The position numbers were made by a program, and so were the translations under genes. Shown here one piece after another: positions 24,800-33,524 of a stretch of DNA of 46,712 nt. Origin of the DNA: Oscillospiraceae bacterium (GTDB lineage: Bacteria; Bacillota; Clostridia; Oscillospirales; Oscillospiraceae); the NCBI GenBank assembly GCA_017612935.1, contig JAGAEW010000113.1, positions 1 to 46,712 of the forward strand, read 5' to 3'. Each line of letters opens with the position of its first letter. Position 1 is the stretch's first letter. Under the pieces are notes generated by a model. The model did no database searches. It was not told the DNA's origin and saw only the letters and a list, made by a program, of their open reading frames with translations.

Positions 24800-26965
24800 A
24801 TGGACATTATTCAGACCCTTGCAGCCGAGCTCGGCCGCGACCCCAGACACATTGAAAGCGTCATTACCCTGCTCGACGAGGGTAATACCATTCCCTTCAT
24901 TGCCCGGTACCGCAAGGAACTCCACGGCTCTATGGATGACACAGTCCTGCGTACGCTGGAAACCCGCCTGCAGTATCTGCGGGGAATGGAGGAGCGGCGG
25001 CAGACCATTGCGAAGGCCATCGAAGCCCAGGGCAAGCTCAGCGAGGAGCTGAGAGCCGCGCTGGAGCAGGCTGTAAGCCTGGCAGAGCTGGAGGATCTCT
25101 ACCGCCCCTATAAGCAAAAACGCCGCACCCGGGCCACCGTGGCAAGGGAGAAGGGACTGGAGCCTCTGGCGCAGCTTCTGTTCAGCCAGAGCCGGGACTG
25201 CCCCCGACCGGAGGAGGCGGCAAAGGATTATGTCAACCCGGAAACGGGGGTTGAAACGGTGGAGGATGCCCTTGCCGGGGCCTCTGACATCATCGCGGAG
25301 TGGATCTCCGACGATGCGCAGCTGCGCAAGTCCCTGCGGCGGCTGTTCATGGAGCGGGCGGCTTTGCATACTGAGGCAGCCACCGGGGAGGATTCGGTTT
25401 ATGCGCTGTATTACGATTTTACCCAGGCGCTGTCCCGGCTGCAGGGCTACCAGATTCTGGCAATCAACCGGGGCGAAAAGGAGAAGTTTTTGAAGGTCTC
25501 GGTGGAAATGGACGATCCCCTTGCCATGCAAACGCTTCGCCGCAGGGTCGTCCAACCCGGCAGCAGCGCCATGAGCCTGATTGTCAACGCCGCGCAGGAT
25601 GCCTATGATCGGCTGATTTTCCCCTCCCTTGAGCGGGAGCTCCGCAGCGAGCTCACCGATCAGGCCTGTGAGGGAGCGGTCGGCCAGTTTGCCCTGAACC
25701 TGCGGCCCCTGCTGATGCAGCCCCCGGTGAAGGGAAAGGTCACGATGGGGCTGGATCCGGGCTATCGAATGGGCTGCAAGGTTGCGGTAGTGGATGCCAC
25801 CGGCAAGGTGCTGGACACGGCGGTGGTCTATCCCACCTATGGCGAGCGGCAGAAGCAGGAGGCCATTGGCGCCCTTTCCAAATTGATTCGCCGTCACAAG
25901 GTGGAGCACATCGCCATTGGCAACGGGACTGCCAGCCGGGAGACAGAGCAGATGACGGTAGAGCTGATCCACCGGGAGCGGGAGGCAGGATATCTGCTCA
26001 GCTACATGATTGTCTCCGAGGCCGGGGCCTCGGTCTATTCCGCCTCAGAGCTGGCGGCGAAGGAGTTTCCCCAGTACGATGTGAACCTGCGTTCGGCGGT
26101 GTCGATTGCCCGACGCCTGCAGGATCCGCTGGCGGAGCTGGTAAAAATTGAGCCCAAGGCCATTGGTGTGGGCCAGTATCAGCACGACATGCCCCAAAAG
26201 CAGCTTGATTCCGCGCTGGAGGCCGTGGTGGAGGACTGCGTCAACGCGGTGGGGGTGGATTTGAACACCGCCTCGCCCGCTCTGCTGCAGCAGGTCTCCG
26301 GCCTGAATGCGACCACGGCGAAGAATATCGTGCGCTATCGGGAGGAAAACGGCGCCTTCACGTCCCGGGCACAGATTAAAAAGGTTCCCAAGCTTGGGCC
26401 GAAGGCTTTTGAGCAGTGTGCAGGCTTCCTGCGGGTGCCGGAAAGCAAGAATATTCTGGATAATACCGCGGTGCATCCGGAATCCTATGAGGCAGCCAAG
26501 GGGCTGTTGGAGCTGCTGGGCTACAGTCTGGCGGATGTGAAGGACCGGAAGCTGAACAGTCTGGCGGCGGAGCTCAAGAGCTACGGCGAAGACCGGGCTG
26601 CCGAGCTTCTGCAGATCGGTCTGCCCACCCTCCGGGATGTGGTTTCTGAGCTCCAGAAGCCCGGCCGCGACCTGCGGGATAGCCTGCCTCAGCCCATTCT
26701 CCGCACGGACGTGCTGGAGCTGAAGGATTTGAAGGCCGGTATGCTGCTCTCCGGCACGGTGCGAAACGTGATTGACTTCGGTGCCTTTGTGGATATCGGC
26801 GTCCATCAGGACGGTCTGGTTCACATCTCGGAAATCTCCGATCGCTTTGTCAAGCATCCCGCTGAGGCCCTGTCTGTGGGGGACGTTGTAAAGGTTCGCG
26901 TCTTGTCGGTGGATGAAAAGAAAAACCGCATCAGCCTGTCTATTAAACAGGCCAAGGAAGCATAA
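24800..26965 (+). CDS. tex: Transcription accessory protein Tex (YqgF-like, HhH and S1 domains)
   Basis: N-terminus IESVITLLDEGNTIPFIARYRKE, YqgF region GLDPGYRMGCKVAVVD, and C-terminal S1 GTVRNVIDFGAFVDIGVHQDGLVHISE. Confidence 0.95.
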   Translation: MDIIQTLAAELGRDPRHIESVITLLDEGNTIPFIARYRKELHGSMDDTVLRTLETRLQYLRGMEERRQTIAKAIEAQGKLSEELRAALEQAVSLAELEDLYRPYKQKRRTRATVAREKGLEPLAQLLFSQSRDCPRPEEAAKDYVNPETGVETVEDALAGASDIIAEWISDDAQLRKSLRRLFMERAALHTEAATGEDSVYALYYDFTQALSRLQGYQILAINRGEKEKFLKVSVEMDDPLAMQTLRRRVVQPGSSAMSLIVNAAQDAYDRLIFPSLERELRSELTDQACEGAVGQFALNLRPLLMQPPVKGKVTMGLDPGYRMGCKVAVVDATGKVLDTAVVYPTYGERQKQEAIGALSKLIRRHKVEHIAIGNGTASRETEQMTVELIHREREAGYLLSYMIVSEAGASVYSASELAAKEFPQYDVNLRSAVSIARRLQDPLAELVKIEPKAIGVGQYQHDMPQKQLDSALEAVVEDCVNAVGVDLNTASPALLQQVSGLNATTAKNIVRYREENGAFTSRAQIKKVPKLGPKAFEQCAGFLRVPESKNILDNTAVHPESYEAAKGLLELLGYSLADVKDRKLNSLAAELKSYGEDRAAELLQIGLPTLRDVVSELQKPGRDLRDSLPQPILRTDVLELKDLKAGMLLSGTVRNVIDFGAFVDIGVHQDGLVHISEISDRFVKHPAEALSVGDVVKVRVLSVDEKKNRISLSIKQAKEA

Positions 26966-26970
26966 AAAGA

Positions 26971-27015
26971 CTTGCCTCAAACCGCCTGAACGGCCGGCTT
27001 GAGGCAAGCTTTTTT
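26971..27015. terminator. Rho-independent terminator after tex, shared with the convergent ORF
   Basis: CTTGCCTCAA (26971-26980) pairs with TTGAGGCAAG (26999-27008). Six T residues follow, and an A-run precedes the stem. Confidence 0.8.
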
Positions 27016-27036
27016 AACGATACGCCAGGAAAAAGC

Positions 27037-27528
27037 TTATCGCTTTTCTGTGACACAGTGCTTTGCCGCGATTTGAAGGGCTTCATCAATGCCGGGGGCG
27101 AAATATTCCGTGCCGACCTTCGCGTAGAAGCCGTCCTTTTTCATAATGCCGAGGGTGTACTCTGGAACTCTGGAGGGAATGTTGCGTCTTTTCAGCAGTT
27201 CATTAAACTGATTTATACCGATTCCCGGAAGCCTCTCAAGAAGCGTAATGTAGGTTTTGTCCGGCTCCTGAAACTCGTCCAGCGTAATATGCTGCTTTCC
27301 CAAAACGCGCTGGGTCATTCGCAGGTCAAATCTACAGCCAACACAGATGGCCATAAGAACCTCTTTGCCCATGTCATTCTTCTTGTCGTTTTTGATGTCG
27401 CCGTGATAGTTCGGATGGAGTAGTGTGGCCTGATTAAAGCTGTAAGGCTGCGTAAGCCCATGATTCTCAAACCAATACCCGGATACGTCATCCTCTGCTG
27501 TTTTGCCCTGCTTGAACCCAGAGGACAA
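27037..27528 (-). CDS. Hypothetical protein (AT-rich orphan; start uncertain, possibly 5'-truncated)
   Basis: The only in-frame start is TTG at 27528 and it has no RBS. The frame stays open upstream to a TAA near 27610 with no further start codon. The central region KEVLMAICVGCRFDLRMTQRVLGKQHITL...GINQFNELLKRRNIP weakly resembles the helical region of some XRE-like Firmicute proteins. Confidence 0.4.
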   Translation of the reverse strand: MSSGFKQGKTAEDDVSGYWFENHGLTQPYSFNQATLLHPNYHGDIKNDKKNDMGKEVLMAICVGCRFDLRMTQRVLGKQHITLDEFQEPDKTYITLLERLPGIGINQFNELLKRRNIPSRVPEYTLGIMKKDGFYAKVGTEYFAPGIDEALQIAAKHCVTEKR

Positions 27529-27577
27529 GCCGTATCTGCAGATTTTGAGCTTGATAAAGCGATTCGATTGCCGTAGA

Positions 27578-27604
27578 ATTCATATTTTTTTAGAAAATAT
27601 GAAT
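27578..27604. promoter_or_regulatory. Perfect 11-bp inverted repeat (ATTCATATTTT-N5-AAAATATGAAT), operator-like
   Basis: Arms at 27578-27588 and 27594-27604. The direct repeat TGAATATCC at 27600-27608 and 27612-27620 follows, just upstream of the secD -35. Confidence 0.5.
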
Positions 27605-27630
27605 ATCCTGCTGAATATCCGAAATTTTAT

Positions 27631-27659
27631 TTGACGAATTCAAAAAAATGATGTATAAT
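27631..27659 (+). promoter_or_regulatory. SigA promoter for secDF (TTGACG-N17-TATAAT)
   Basis: TTGACG at 27631-27636 and TATAAT at 27654-27659. Confidence 0.7.
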
Positions 27660-27693
27660 ACCGTGGAATCAAACCAGGAGGTAGTTTTTTACT

Positions 27694-28959
27694 ATGAAGA
27701 AATCCATTCTCACACTGGTGATTGTGGTCATTGTGGTGGTGGCCCTGTTTTTTGCTGCCCTGCATGGCGTCAGTAACGTAATCCAGCCTGTATCCAAGGG
27801 CATTGTGCTTGGCTTGGATCTGGTCGGTGGTTCTGAAATCACCTATGAAGCAGAACTTTCCAACGACTATGATACTGCGAATTTGGCCGGCGATATGGAA
27901 ACTGCAAAAACCATGTTGCAAAAGCGTTTGGACTTGCTCGGCTACACCGAAGCGTCCTGCTATATTTCCGGTGAGCGCAGACTGGTTGTGGAAATTCCCT
28001 CTGTCGAAGATCCCGAGAAAGCCATTAAGGATCTGGGCACCACCGCCGTGGTGACTTTTGTGGATGCCGACGGGAAAGAGTGGCTCTCCGGCTCTGATAT
28101 TGAGGATGCCATGTATGAGTTTTCTGCGACAGACAGCACCGGCATCAGCACCCCCCATGTCAAGCTGGAGTTGACGGATGAGGGCAGACAAAAGCTGTAC
28201 AGTGCTTCGTCGGCAGTGATTGCCCGCAGCGACGGCCAGAACATCCTTTCCATTCAAATGGACGGTGAAACGATTTCCAGCCCTGCTGTCCGTGAGCCCC
28301 TGGACAGCAAAAGCGTTGTTATTAACATCGGTGGCACAAAGGACGCAGAAAAAGAGGCCCATTATCTTGCAAACATCATCTCTGCCGGTCGTCTGCCCTT
28401 TGCTCTGATGACTGCCAAGCAGCAAACCATCGGTGCCAGCCTGGGTGAAAAGAGCCTTTCCACCAGCCTGATGGCCGGCTTGATCGGCCTGATTCTGGTA
28501 ATGCTTTTCATGGTCGTGGTCTATCGCCTCATGGGCGTGATTTCCTGCATTGCCCTGATGGCCTATGGCGCCCTCTTTGCGGTGGTGCTGTCTGTTATGC
28601 ACGTCAATCTGAGTTTGCCCGGCATTGCCGGTATCATCCTCACCATCGGTATGGCGGTGGATGCGAACGTCATCATCTTTGAACGCATCAAGGAAGAGCT
28701 GAAGTCCGGGAAAACCCTTCACTATGCGATTGAGTCCGGCTATAAGCGGGCCATGATCGCTATCATTGATGCCAATGTGACCACTTTGATTGCCGGCTTT
28801 GTCCTGCTGTGGCAGGGAACCGGTACGATTCTGGGCTTTGCTGTGACCCTGCTGCTCGGCGTTGTGCTCTCCATGCTGGTCATGCTGGTTCTCACAAAGT
28901 TACTGCTCAAAGCTGCCGTGGGCTTGAAGATTACGAATCTCAAGCTTTACTGCGCATAA
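27694..28959 (+). CDS. secD: Protein translocase subunit SecD
   Basis: N-terminal TM, a periplasmic domain with GLDLVGG, and a C-terminal 5-TM bundle (AGIILTIGMAVDANVIIFERIKEE). Confidence 0.93.
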   Translation: MKKSILTLVIVVIVVVALFFAALHGVSNVIQPVSKGIVLGLDLVGGSEITYEAELSNDYDTANLAGDMETAKTMLQKRLDLLGYTEASCYISGERRLVVEIPSVEDPEKAIKDLGTTAVVTFVDADGKEWLSGSDIEDAMYEFSATDSTGISTPHVKLELTDEGRQKLYSASSAVIARSDGQNILSIQMDGETISSPAVREPLDSKSVVINIGGTKDAEKEAHYLANIISAGRLPFALMTAKQQTIGASLGEKSLSTSLMAGLIGLILVMLFMVVVYRLMGVISCIALMAYGALFAVVLSVMHVNLSLPGIAGIILTIGMAVDANVIIFERIKEELKSGKTLHYAIESGYKRAMIAIIDANVTTLIAGFVLLWQGTGTILGFAVTLLLGVVLSMLVMLVLTKLLLKAAVGLKITNLKLYCA

Positions 28960-28977
28960 GAAAGGAGAAGCTGATAT

Positions 28978-29889
28978 ATGGATAAGTACAGAAGCTTCAG
29001 CTTTACCAAACATTTTAAGCTTTTTGGCATAATTTCCCTCATTATGATTTCTGTGGGTCTGGTGAGTTTGGTTATGACCCTCTGCGGGGCGATGGGCGCT
29101 TTCAATTTTGATATTGATTTTGCCGGCGGCACAACCTTTGAATTCCAGATTCCCGAATCTGTGAAGGTGGACAAGGCTGTCACCGACCGTGTTGCCGAGA
29201 TTTATCAGCAGACAATTGGCGATCCGGCCTCTTCCGTCACGGCTTCCGGCACCAACGGCATTCGCCTGAAGGCTCTGATGCTGGACGATCAACAGGTGGA
29301 AAAGGTTCGCGATGCCATTGCCGGAGAGTATAATGTGGATATTGAGAAGGACTATCAGGTGGAGCGTGTTTCCGCCTCTGTCGGTCACGATCTGACCAAG
29401 GCAGCCTTTATGGCCTCCCTTGTGGCGGTGATTCTGATTCTGATTTACATTGGCTTCCGCTTCGAGTTCCGCTCCGGTCTGGCAGCTATCTGCGCGCTGG
29501 TGCATGACCTGCTGGTGATGCTCAGCATGTATGTGATTTTCCGCATTCCTTTCAACATTAACTTCATTGCCGCTGCGCTGACCATCCTCGGTTACTCCAT
29601 CAACGCAACCATTGTTGTCTTCGACCGGATTCGTGAAAACCGGAGAACCATGCGTACCGGCAACTTCGCGGTGATTGTCGATACCTCCATCTGGGACACC
29701 ATGACCCGTTCCATCAATACTACCATCACAACTCTGATTGTTATGGTTATGCTCCTGATCTTCGGTGTCAGCTCGATCCGCAACTTTGCTCTGCCGCTCT
29801 GCATCGGCATCATCTGCGGCTGCTATTCCTCCGTTTGCATCTCCGGTCCTCTGTGGAACAATTTCAACAGAGGCAGAGTGCAAAGATAA
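28978..29889 (+). CDS. secF: Protein translocase subunit SecF
   Basis: DFAGGT motif and HDLLVMLSMYVIF...SINATIVVFDRIREN. Confidence 0.93.
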   Translation: MDKYRSFSFTKHFKLFGIISLIMISVGLVSLVMTLCGAMGAFNFDIDFAGGTTFEFQIPESVKVDKAVTDRVAEIYQQTIGDPASSVTASGTNGIRLKALMLDDQQVEKVRDAIAGEYNVDIEKDYQVERVSASVGHDLTKAAFMASLVAVILILIYIGFRFEFRSGLAAICALVHDLLVMLSMYVIFRIPFNINFIAAALTILGYSINATIVVFDRIRENRRTMRTGNFAVIVDTSIWDTMTRSINTTITTLIVMVMLLIFGVSSIRNFALPLCIGIICGCYSSVCISGPLWNNFNRGRVQR

Positions 29890-29903
29890 TAACAGCTTTT
29901 TTT

Positions 29904-29940
29904 CTCCGCAGTCCTCTCAAAGGGGACTGCGGAGTTTTTT
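29904..29940 (+). terminator. Rho-independent terminator after secF
   Basis: CTCCGCAGTCC (29904-29914) pairs with GGACTGCGGAG (29924-29934), followed by TTTTTT. Confidence 0.85.
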
Positions 29941-29950
29941 GTTGCTCCAC

Positions 29951-29977
29951 ATATTTGTGGCCCGGGACACATAGGCT
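29951..29977 (+). promoter_or_regulatory. Candidate SigE-type sporulation promoter for spoIIIA (ATA-N16-CATAggcT)
   Basis: ATATT at 29951-29955 and CATAGGCT at 29970-29977. As I recall it, the B. subtilis SigE consensus is ATa-N16-18-cATAcanT, and spoIIIA is SigE-dependent in Bacillus. Confidence 0.3.
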
Positions 29978-29987
29978 GTCTCAGGTG

Positions 29988-30962
29988 ATGAAAATGGACG
30001 AGCGATACAAGGAAATTCCGACGCTCTTCCCGGAGGCATTACGCCGGGATGTGGAAACGCTGCTGGAAAATCAGGGGACTCGGGTGGAGGAGCTTCGGCT
30101 CCGGGCTGGGACTGTAGCGAGCTGGGTAACGGCGGGCAGGGAAGCGCTTGTGCCCTGCCGGGGCAGCCCACACTGCGTGACGCCCCATGACCTGGAGGAA
30201 ATTATAAGCAGGGCTTCAGATTTTTCTGCCTATGCGGTGCAGGACCAGCTTCGTGCCGGATTTCTGACGTTACGGGGAGGACATCGCCTTGGAGTCTGTG
30301 GAACGGCGGTCAGCAGGGGCACAGAGATTCAGACGATCCGGGAGTATCAGGCCTTGAATCTGCGATTGGCAGGAGAGCGGCCCGGCTGTGCTGCGGAGCT
30401 CTTCAAGAGCCTGCGTTGCTCGCCGGGATCGATTTTAATTCTCGGTCCGCCCAGGGCGGGTAAGACAACGGTTCTGAGGGACCTGGTGCGTCTTCTCTCA
30501 GATCGGGGCGGACAGAGAATTGGGCTGCTGGACGAGCGCGGAGAAATTGCAGCCTGTCGGGATGGGGTTCCTCAACTCTGCGTGGGAAACCGAACGGATG
30601 TGCTCTCCGGTTGCCCAAAGCAGCTCGGAATCGAGTTGATGCTGCGCTCCATGTCTCCGGACTGGATTGCAGTGGATGAAATCACGGCGCTGGAGGACGC
30701 GGAGAGCCTCAGCCGTACTGTCTGCTGTGGGGTCCGATTTATTGCAACCGCCCATGGGGACGGTCCGGCTGACTTGCAGCGTCGTCCGGTTTATCGAAGG
30801 CTGCTGGAGCTGGGGGCGTTTGAACGGCTGGCTGTGATGCACCCGGATCGCAGCATACATTTTGAAAGGATGAAATATGGAACAGTTAAAATGGATGGCC
30901 GCCGGGCTGATTCTTGTCTCCTCGGCATGGGTGGGGTTTCATGCGGCGCTGCGTCTTCGTAG
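29988..30962 (+). CDS. spoIIIAA: Stage III sporulation protein AA (ATPase)
   Basis: Walker A GPPRAGKTT, VDEI Walker B, and EELRLRAG at the N-terminus. It is the first gene of an 8-gene spoIIIA array. Confidence 0.92.
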   Translation: MKMDERYKEIPTLFPEALRRDVETLLENQGTRVEELRLRAGTVASWVTAGREALVPCRGSPHCVTPHDLEEIISRASDFSAYAVQDQLRAGFLTLRGGHRLGVCGTAVSRGTEIQTIREYQALNLRLAGERPGCAAELFKSLRCSPGSILILGPPRAGKTTVLRDLVRLLSDRGGQRIGLLDERGEIAACRDGVPQLCVGNRTDVLSGCPKQLGIELMLRSMSPDWIAVDEITALEDAESLSRTVCCGVRFIATAHGDGPADLQRRPVYRRLLELGAFERLAVMHPDRSIHFERMKYGTVKMDGRRADSCLLGMGGVSCGAASS

Positions 30963-31386
30963 AACCGGGGAGGAGTTGCAGGAGCTCCGCGGCGCTTTGG
31001 ACCGTATGACCGGAGAAATTCGGTATGCCGGAACCCCCTTTGCCCCCCTTTGTAAGAGGCTTGCAGAGAGCAGTAGCGGCAGTGTGCGTCATTTTTTTCA
31101 GGGACTTGCGGCCGGAACGGAACATGGCGCCGGCTGTGGCCTGACTCGCCGGATCGCGCAGGAGGTGGGGCTGACACTGCCAAATTCGGCGCTCTCTGTT
31201 TTGGAGCGGCTGTTTGACGATTTCGGAAACAGGGACCTGGAAGCACAGCTCAGTCAGCTTTGCCTGGCGCAGGAGGAACTGTCCCGGCTGGAGACCGAGC
31301 TGCGCGTTCTGATGCCGGGGAAGTGCCGCAGCTATGAGGTTTTGGGAATTGTTACAGGTCTTTCTCTGTTGATTTTAGTGCTGTGA
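30877..31386 (+). CDS. spoIIIAB: Stage III sporulation protein AB
   Basis: 169 aa with N- and C-terminal TM segments and the right position in the operon. It overlaps the spoIIIAA 3' end by 86 nt. Confidence 0.85.
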   Translation: MEQLKWMAAGLILVSSAWVGFHAALRLRRTGEELQELRGALDRMTGEIRYAGTPFAPLCKRLAESSSGSVRHFFQGLAAGTEHGAGCGLTRRIAQEVGLTLPNSALSVLERLFDDFGNRDLEAQLSQLCLAQEELSRLETELRVLMPGKCRSYEVLGIVTGLSLLILVL

Positions 31387-31580
31387 TGGATATTGATTTA
31401 ATTTTTAAAATTGCGGCAATGGGAATCATTGTGTCGATTCTCAATCAGGTGTTGATTCGCTCCGGACGGGAGGAGCAGGCAACCATGACAACCCTTGCCG
31501 GGCTTGTAGTGGTGCTGATGCTGGTGGTGGAGAAAATCGCGGATCTGTTTGCACTGGTCAAGGAGTTGTTTCACTTTTGA
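31386..31580 (+). CDS. spoIIIAC: Stage III sporulation protein AC
   Basis: A 64-aa two-TM protein, MDIDLIFKIAAMGIIVSILNQVLIRSGREEQA. Confidence 0.9.
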   Translation: MDIDLIFKIAAMGIIVSILNQVLIRSGREEQATMTTLAGLVVVLMLVVEKIADLFALVKELFHF

Positions 31581-31966
31581 TTGACGATCTACTCAAGCTT
31601 TCGGCAATGGCGGTGATATCCTGCCTGCTGATTTTGACGGTCAAAAAGCAGGCTCCCGAGCTGGGGCTGATTCTGAGCCTCTGCGCCTGTGCCCTCGGAG
31701 CAGGCTTTTTGCTGGAGACCCTCAGACCGGTGCTGTTGCTGGCCGGGAGCCTGGCGGAAAAAGCGGGGCTGGAGCCGGAACTGCGTGCACCGCTGTGGAA
31801 GTGTCTCGGTTTGGGTTTGCTGACAGAGCTCTCCGCCGGTCTCTGCGCCGATGCGGGGGAAAGCGCTCTGGCAAAGCTGGTGGAGCTGGGCGGCGGGATT
31901 CTCTGTCTGGCTGTGAGTTTGCCCCTGCTGCAGGCGGTGCTGGCCCTGATTGAGGGACTGCTGTGA
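31577..31966 (+). CDS. spoIIIAD: Stage III sporulation protein AD
   Basis: 129 aa, multi-TM, TTG start coupled to the spoIIIAC stop. ...KKQAPELGLILSLCACAL. Confidence 0.88.
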   Translation: MIDDLLKLSAMAVISCLLILTVKKQAPELGLILSLCACALGAGFLLETLRPVLLLAGSLAEKAGLEPELRAPLWKCLGLGLLTELSAGLCADAGESALAKLVELGGGILCLAVSLPLLQAVLALIEGLL

Positions 31967-33051
31967 GAGGACTGATGCGGATATGCGCCCTGATTTTTCT
32001 GCTTCTGCCGATTTTGCATGGTACCGTCCGGGCAGTGGACCCTGCCGCAGAACTCAGAGCGGAGCTTGATCCGGAGGCGGGGCTGTCTGCAGAGCTCCTG
32101 GACAGGATCGGAAGCTATGACGGTGCAATCGAAGGCTTTGGGGACAAGCTGCTGCGTCTGGTTGGCAGTACGCTGGGACGGGTCAAAGAGCTTCATTTGC
32201 AGGAGGCGCTGGCTTGCGTCAGTATGATTCTTGCAGCCGCCCTTCTGTGTTCCCTGTTTGAGAACAGCACACACAGCGCCGGTCTGGCCCCGCTGGTGGG
32301 GGCGCTGACCATTACCGCTGCCTGTACCAGATCGGTGGATTCCATGATTTCCCTGGGAGCCGGAGTGATCCGGGAGCTGTGTCACTATTTCGGCCTGCTG
32401 CTGCCCACCATGTCCACGCTTCTGGCAGCCTCCGGTAATTTCTCAGCCGTGGCGGTTTCAAGCTTTGGAATAACGCTGCTGGAGGGACTGCTGGCCCTGG
32501 TCTCGGGCGTGATGGTGCCGTTGCTCTATGTGCTGCCGGCCCTGGCTGTGGCGGAGTATGGGCTGGGAATGAAGAATCTGGGACAACTCAGCGCCTTTGT
32601 AAAGTGGCTCTTGGTGACGATGGTGAAGGGGATTCTCTATGGATATTCTGGAATTCTCGCCTTTACAGGGCTTGTCTCCGGCAGTGTGGATGCCCAACGG
32701 CTGCGCTCTGTGCGTTCCGTGATTGCCGGAATGGTTCCGGTGGTGGGAAACATTGTTTCCGACGCCTCCGGCTCCTTGTTAAGCGCGGCGGCAAGCCTGA
32801 AAACAGCCGTAGGACTTTACGGAATGCTGGCAGTGTTCGGCCTGTGCCTGGGGCCTTTTTTCCAAATTGGGATTCAATACCTGGCTCTGAAACTGGCGGC
32901 AGTCCTTTGCGGCCTGTTCGGCCAGGGCAGCCAGAGCCCCTTGATCGAAAGACTGTCTCAGGTCATGGGGTTGATGCTGGCACTGACGGGAATTGCCTGC
33001 CTGCTGACCCTGATGATTCTTGTACTCTGTATTCGGACGGTGAACCTATGA
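31963..33051 (+). CDS. spoIIIAE: Stage III sporulation protein AE
   Basis: 362 aa with a signal peptide and a polytopic C-terminal part (VIAGMVPVVGNIVSDASGSLL). Confidence 0.9.
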   Translation: MRGLMRICALIFLLLPILHGTVRAVDPAAELRAELDPEAGLSAELLDRIGSYDGAIEGFGDKLLRLVGSTLGRVKELHLQEALACVSMILAAALLCSLFENSTHSAGLAPLVGALTITAACTRSVDSMISLGAGVIRELCHYFGLLLPTMSTLLAASGNFSAVAVSSFGITLLEGLLALVSGVMVPLLYVLPALAVAEYGLGMKNLGQLSAFVKWLLVTMVKGILYGYSGILAFTGLVSGSVDAQRLRSVRSVIAGMVPVVGNIVSDASGSLLSAAASLKTAVGLYGMLAVFGLCLGPFFQIGIQYLALKLAAVLCGLFGQGSQSPLIERLSQVMGLMLALTGIACLLTLMILVLCIRTVNL

Positions 33052-33524
33052 CGGCGATAAAGGCCTATCTTTTGCGGCTGGTCTGCTGCGGCTTTTTTGT
33101 CAGCCTGGCCACGTCCTTGCTGCGGGGCAAACGAAGCGGCAGGATTGTTGCGCTTTGCGGCGGCTGTCTGATGATACTGACGGCCATCCGGCCCCTGATG
33201 CGGGTGAATCTGTCAGCCCTGCCGGATTTGGCGACGGGGCTGACACAGGCGGAGCGCCGGACACTGGCAAGAGAGAAGAACGACGCCCTCTTGCAGAGGC
33301 TTGTGGAGGACCAAACCGTGTCGTGGTTGGAGGCACAGGCGGGTAAATTGGGGATGGTGGCGTCCTTCGCAGTGCAGGCCGTCGAGACGGCGGAGGGACT
33401 TTGGATCCCGCAACGGGTACAAATTACCGGGAACTGGACGGAGCAGCAGAGACAGCTGTTGTCGAAGCAAATGGAACGGGAACTGTCGCTGCCGCCGGAG
33501 CAGCAGGAATGGGAGGACGGATGA
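33048..33524 (+). CDS. spoIIIAF: Stage III sporulation protein AF
   Basis: MTAIKAYLLRLVCCGFFVSLATSLL, with two N-terminal TM segments. ATGA coupling on both sides. Confidence 0.85.
   Translation: MTAIKAYLLRLVCCGFFVSLATSLLRGKRSGRIVALCGGCLMILTAIRPLMRVNLSALPDLATGLTQAERRTLAREKNDALLQRLVEDQTVSWLEAQAGKLGMVASFAVQAVETAEGLWIPQRVQITGNWTEQQRQLLSKQMERELSLPPEQQEWEDG

Noticed and set aside
24680-25972. A 430-aa minus-strand ORF antisense to tex. Similar long antisense ORFs lie at 26045-27007, 27640-28722, 28900-29883, 14812-15819, 20768-21679, 21252-22187, 37831-38835 and 45793-46602.
   Set aside because: All lie opposite confidently identified genes. They have biased Arg/Gly/Pro/Leu composition, no RBS and no recognisable domains, so I treat them as GC-driven artefacts.
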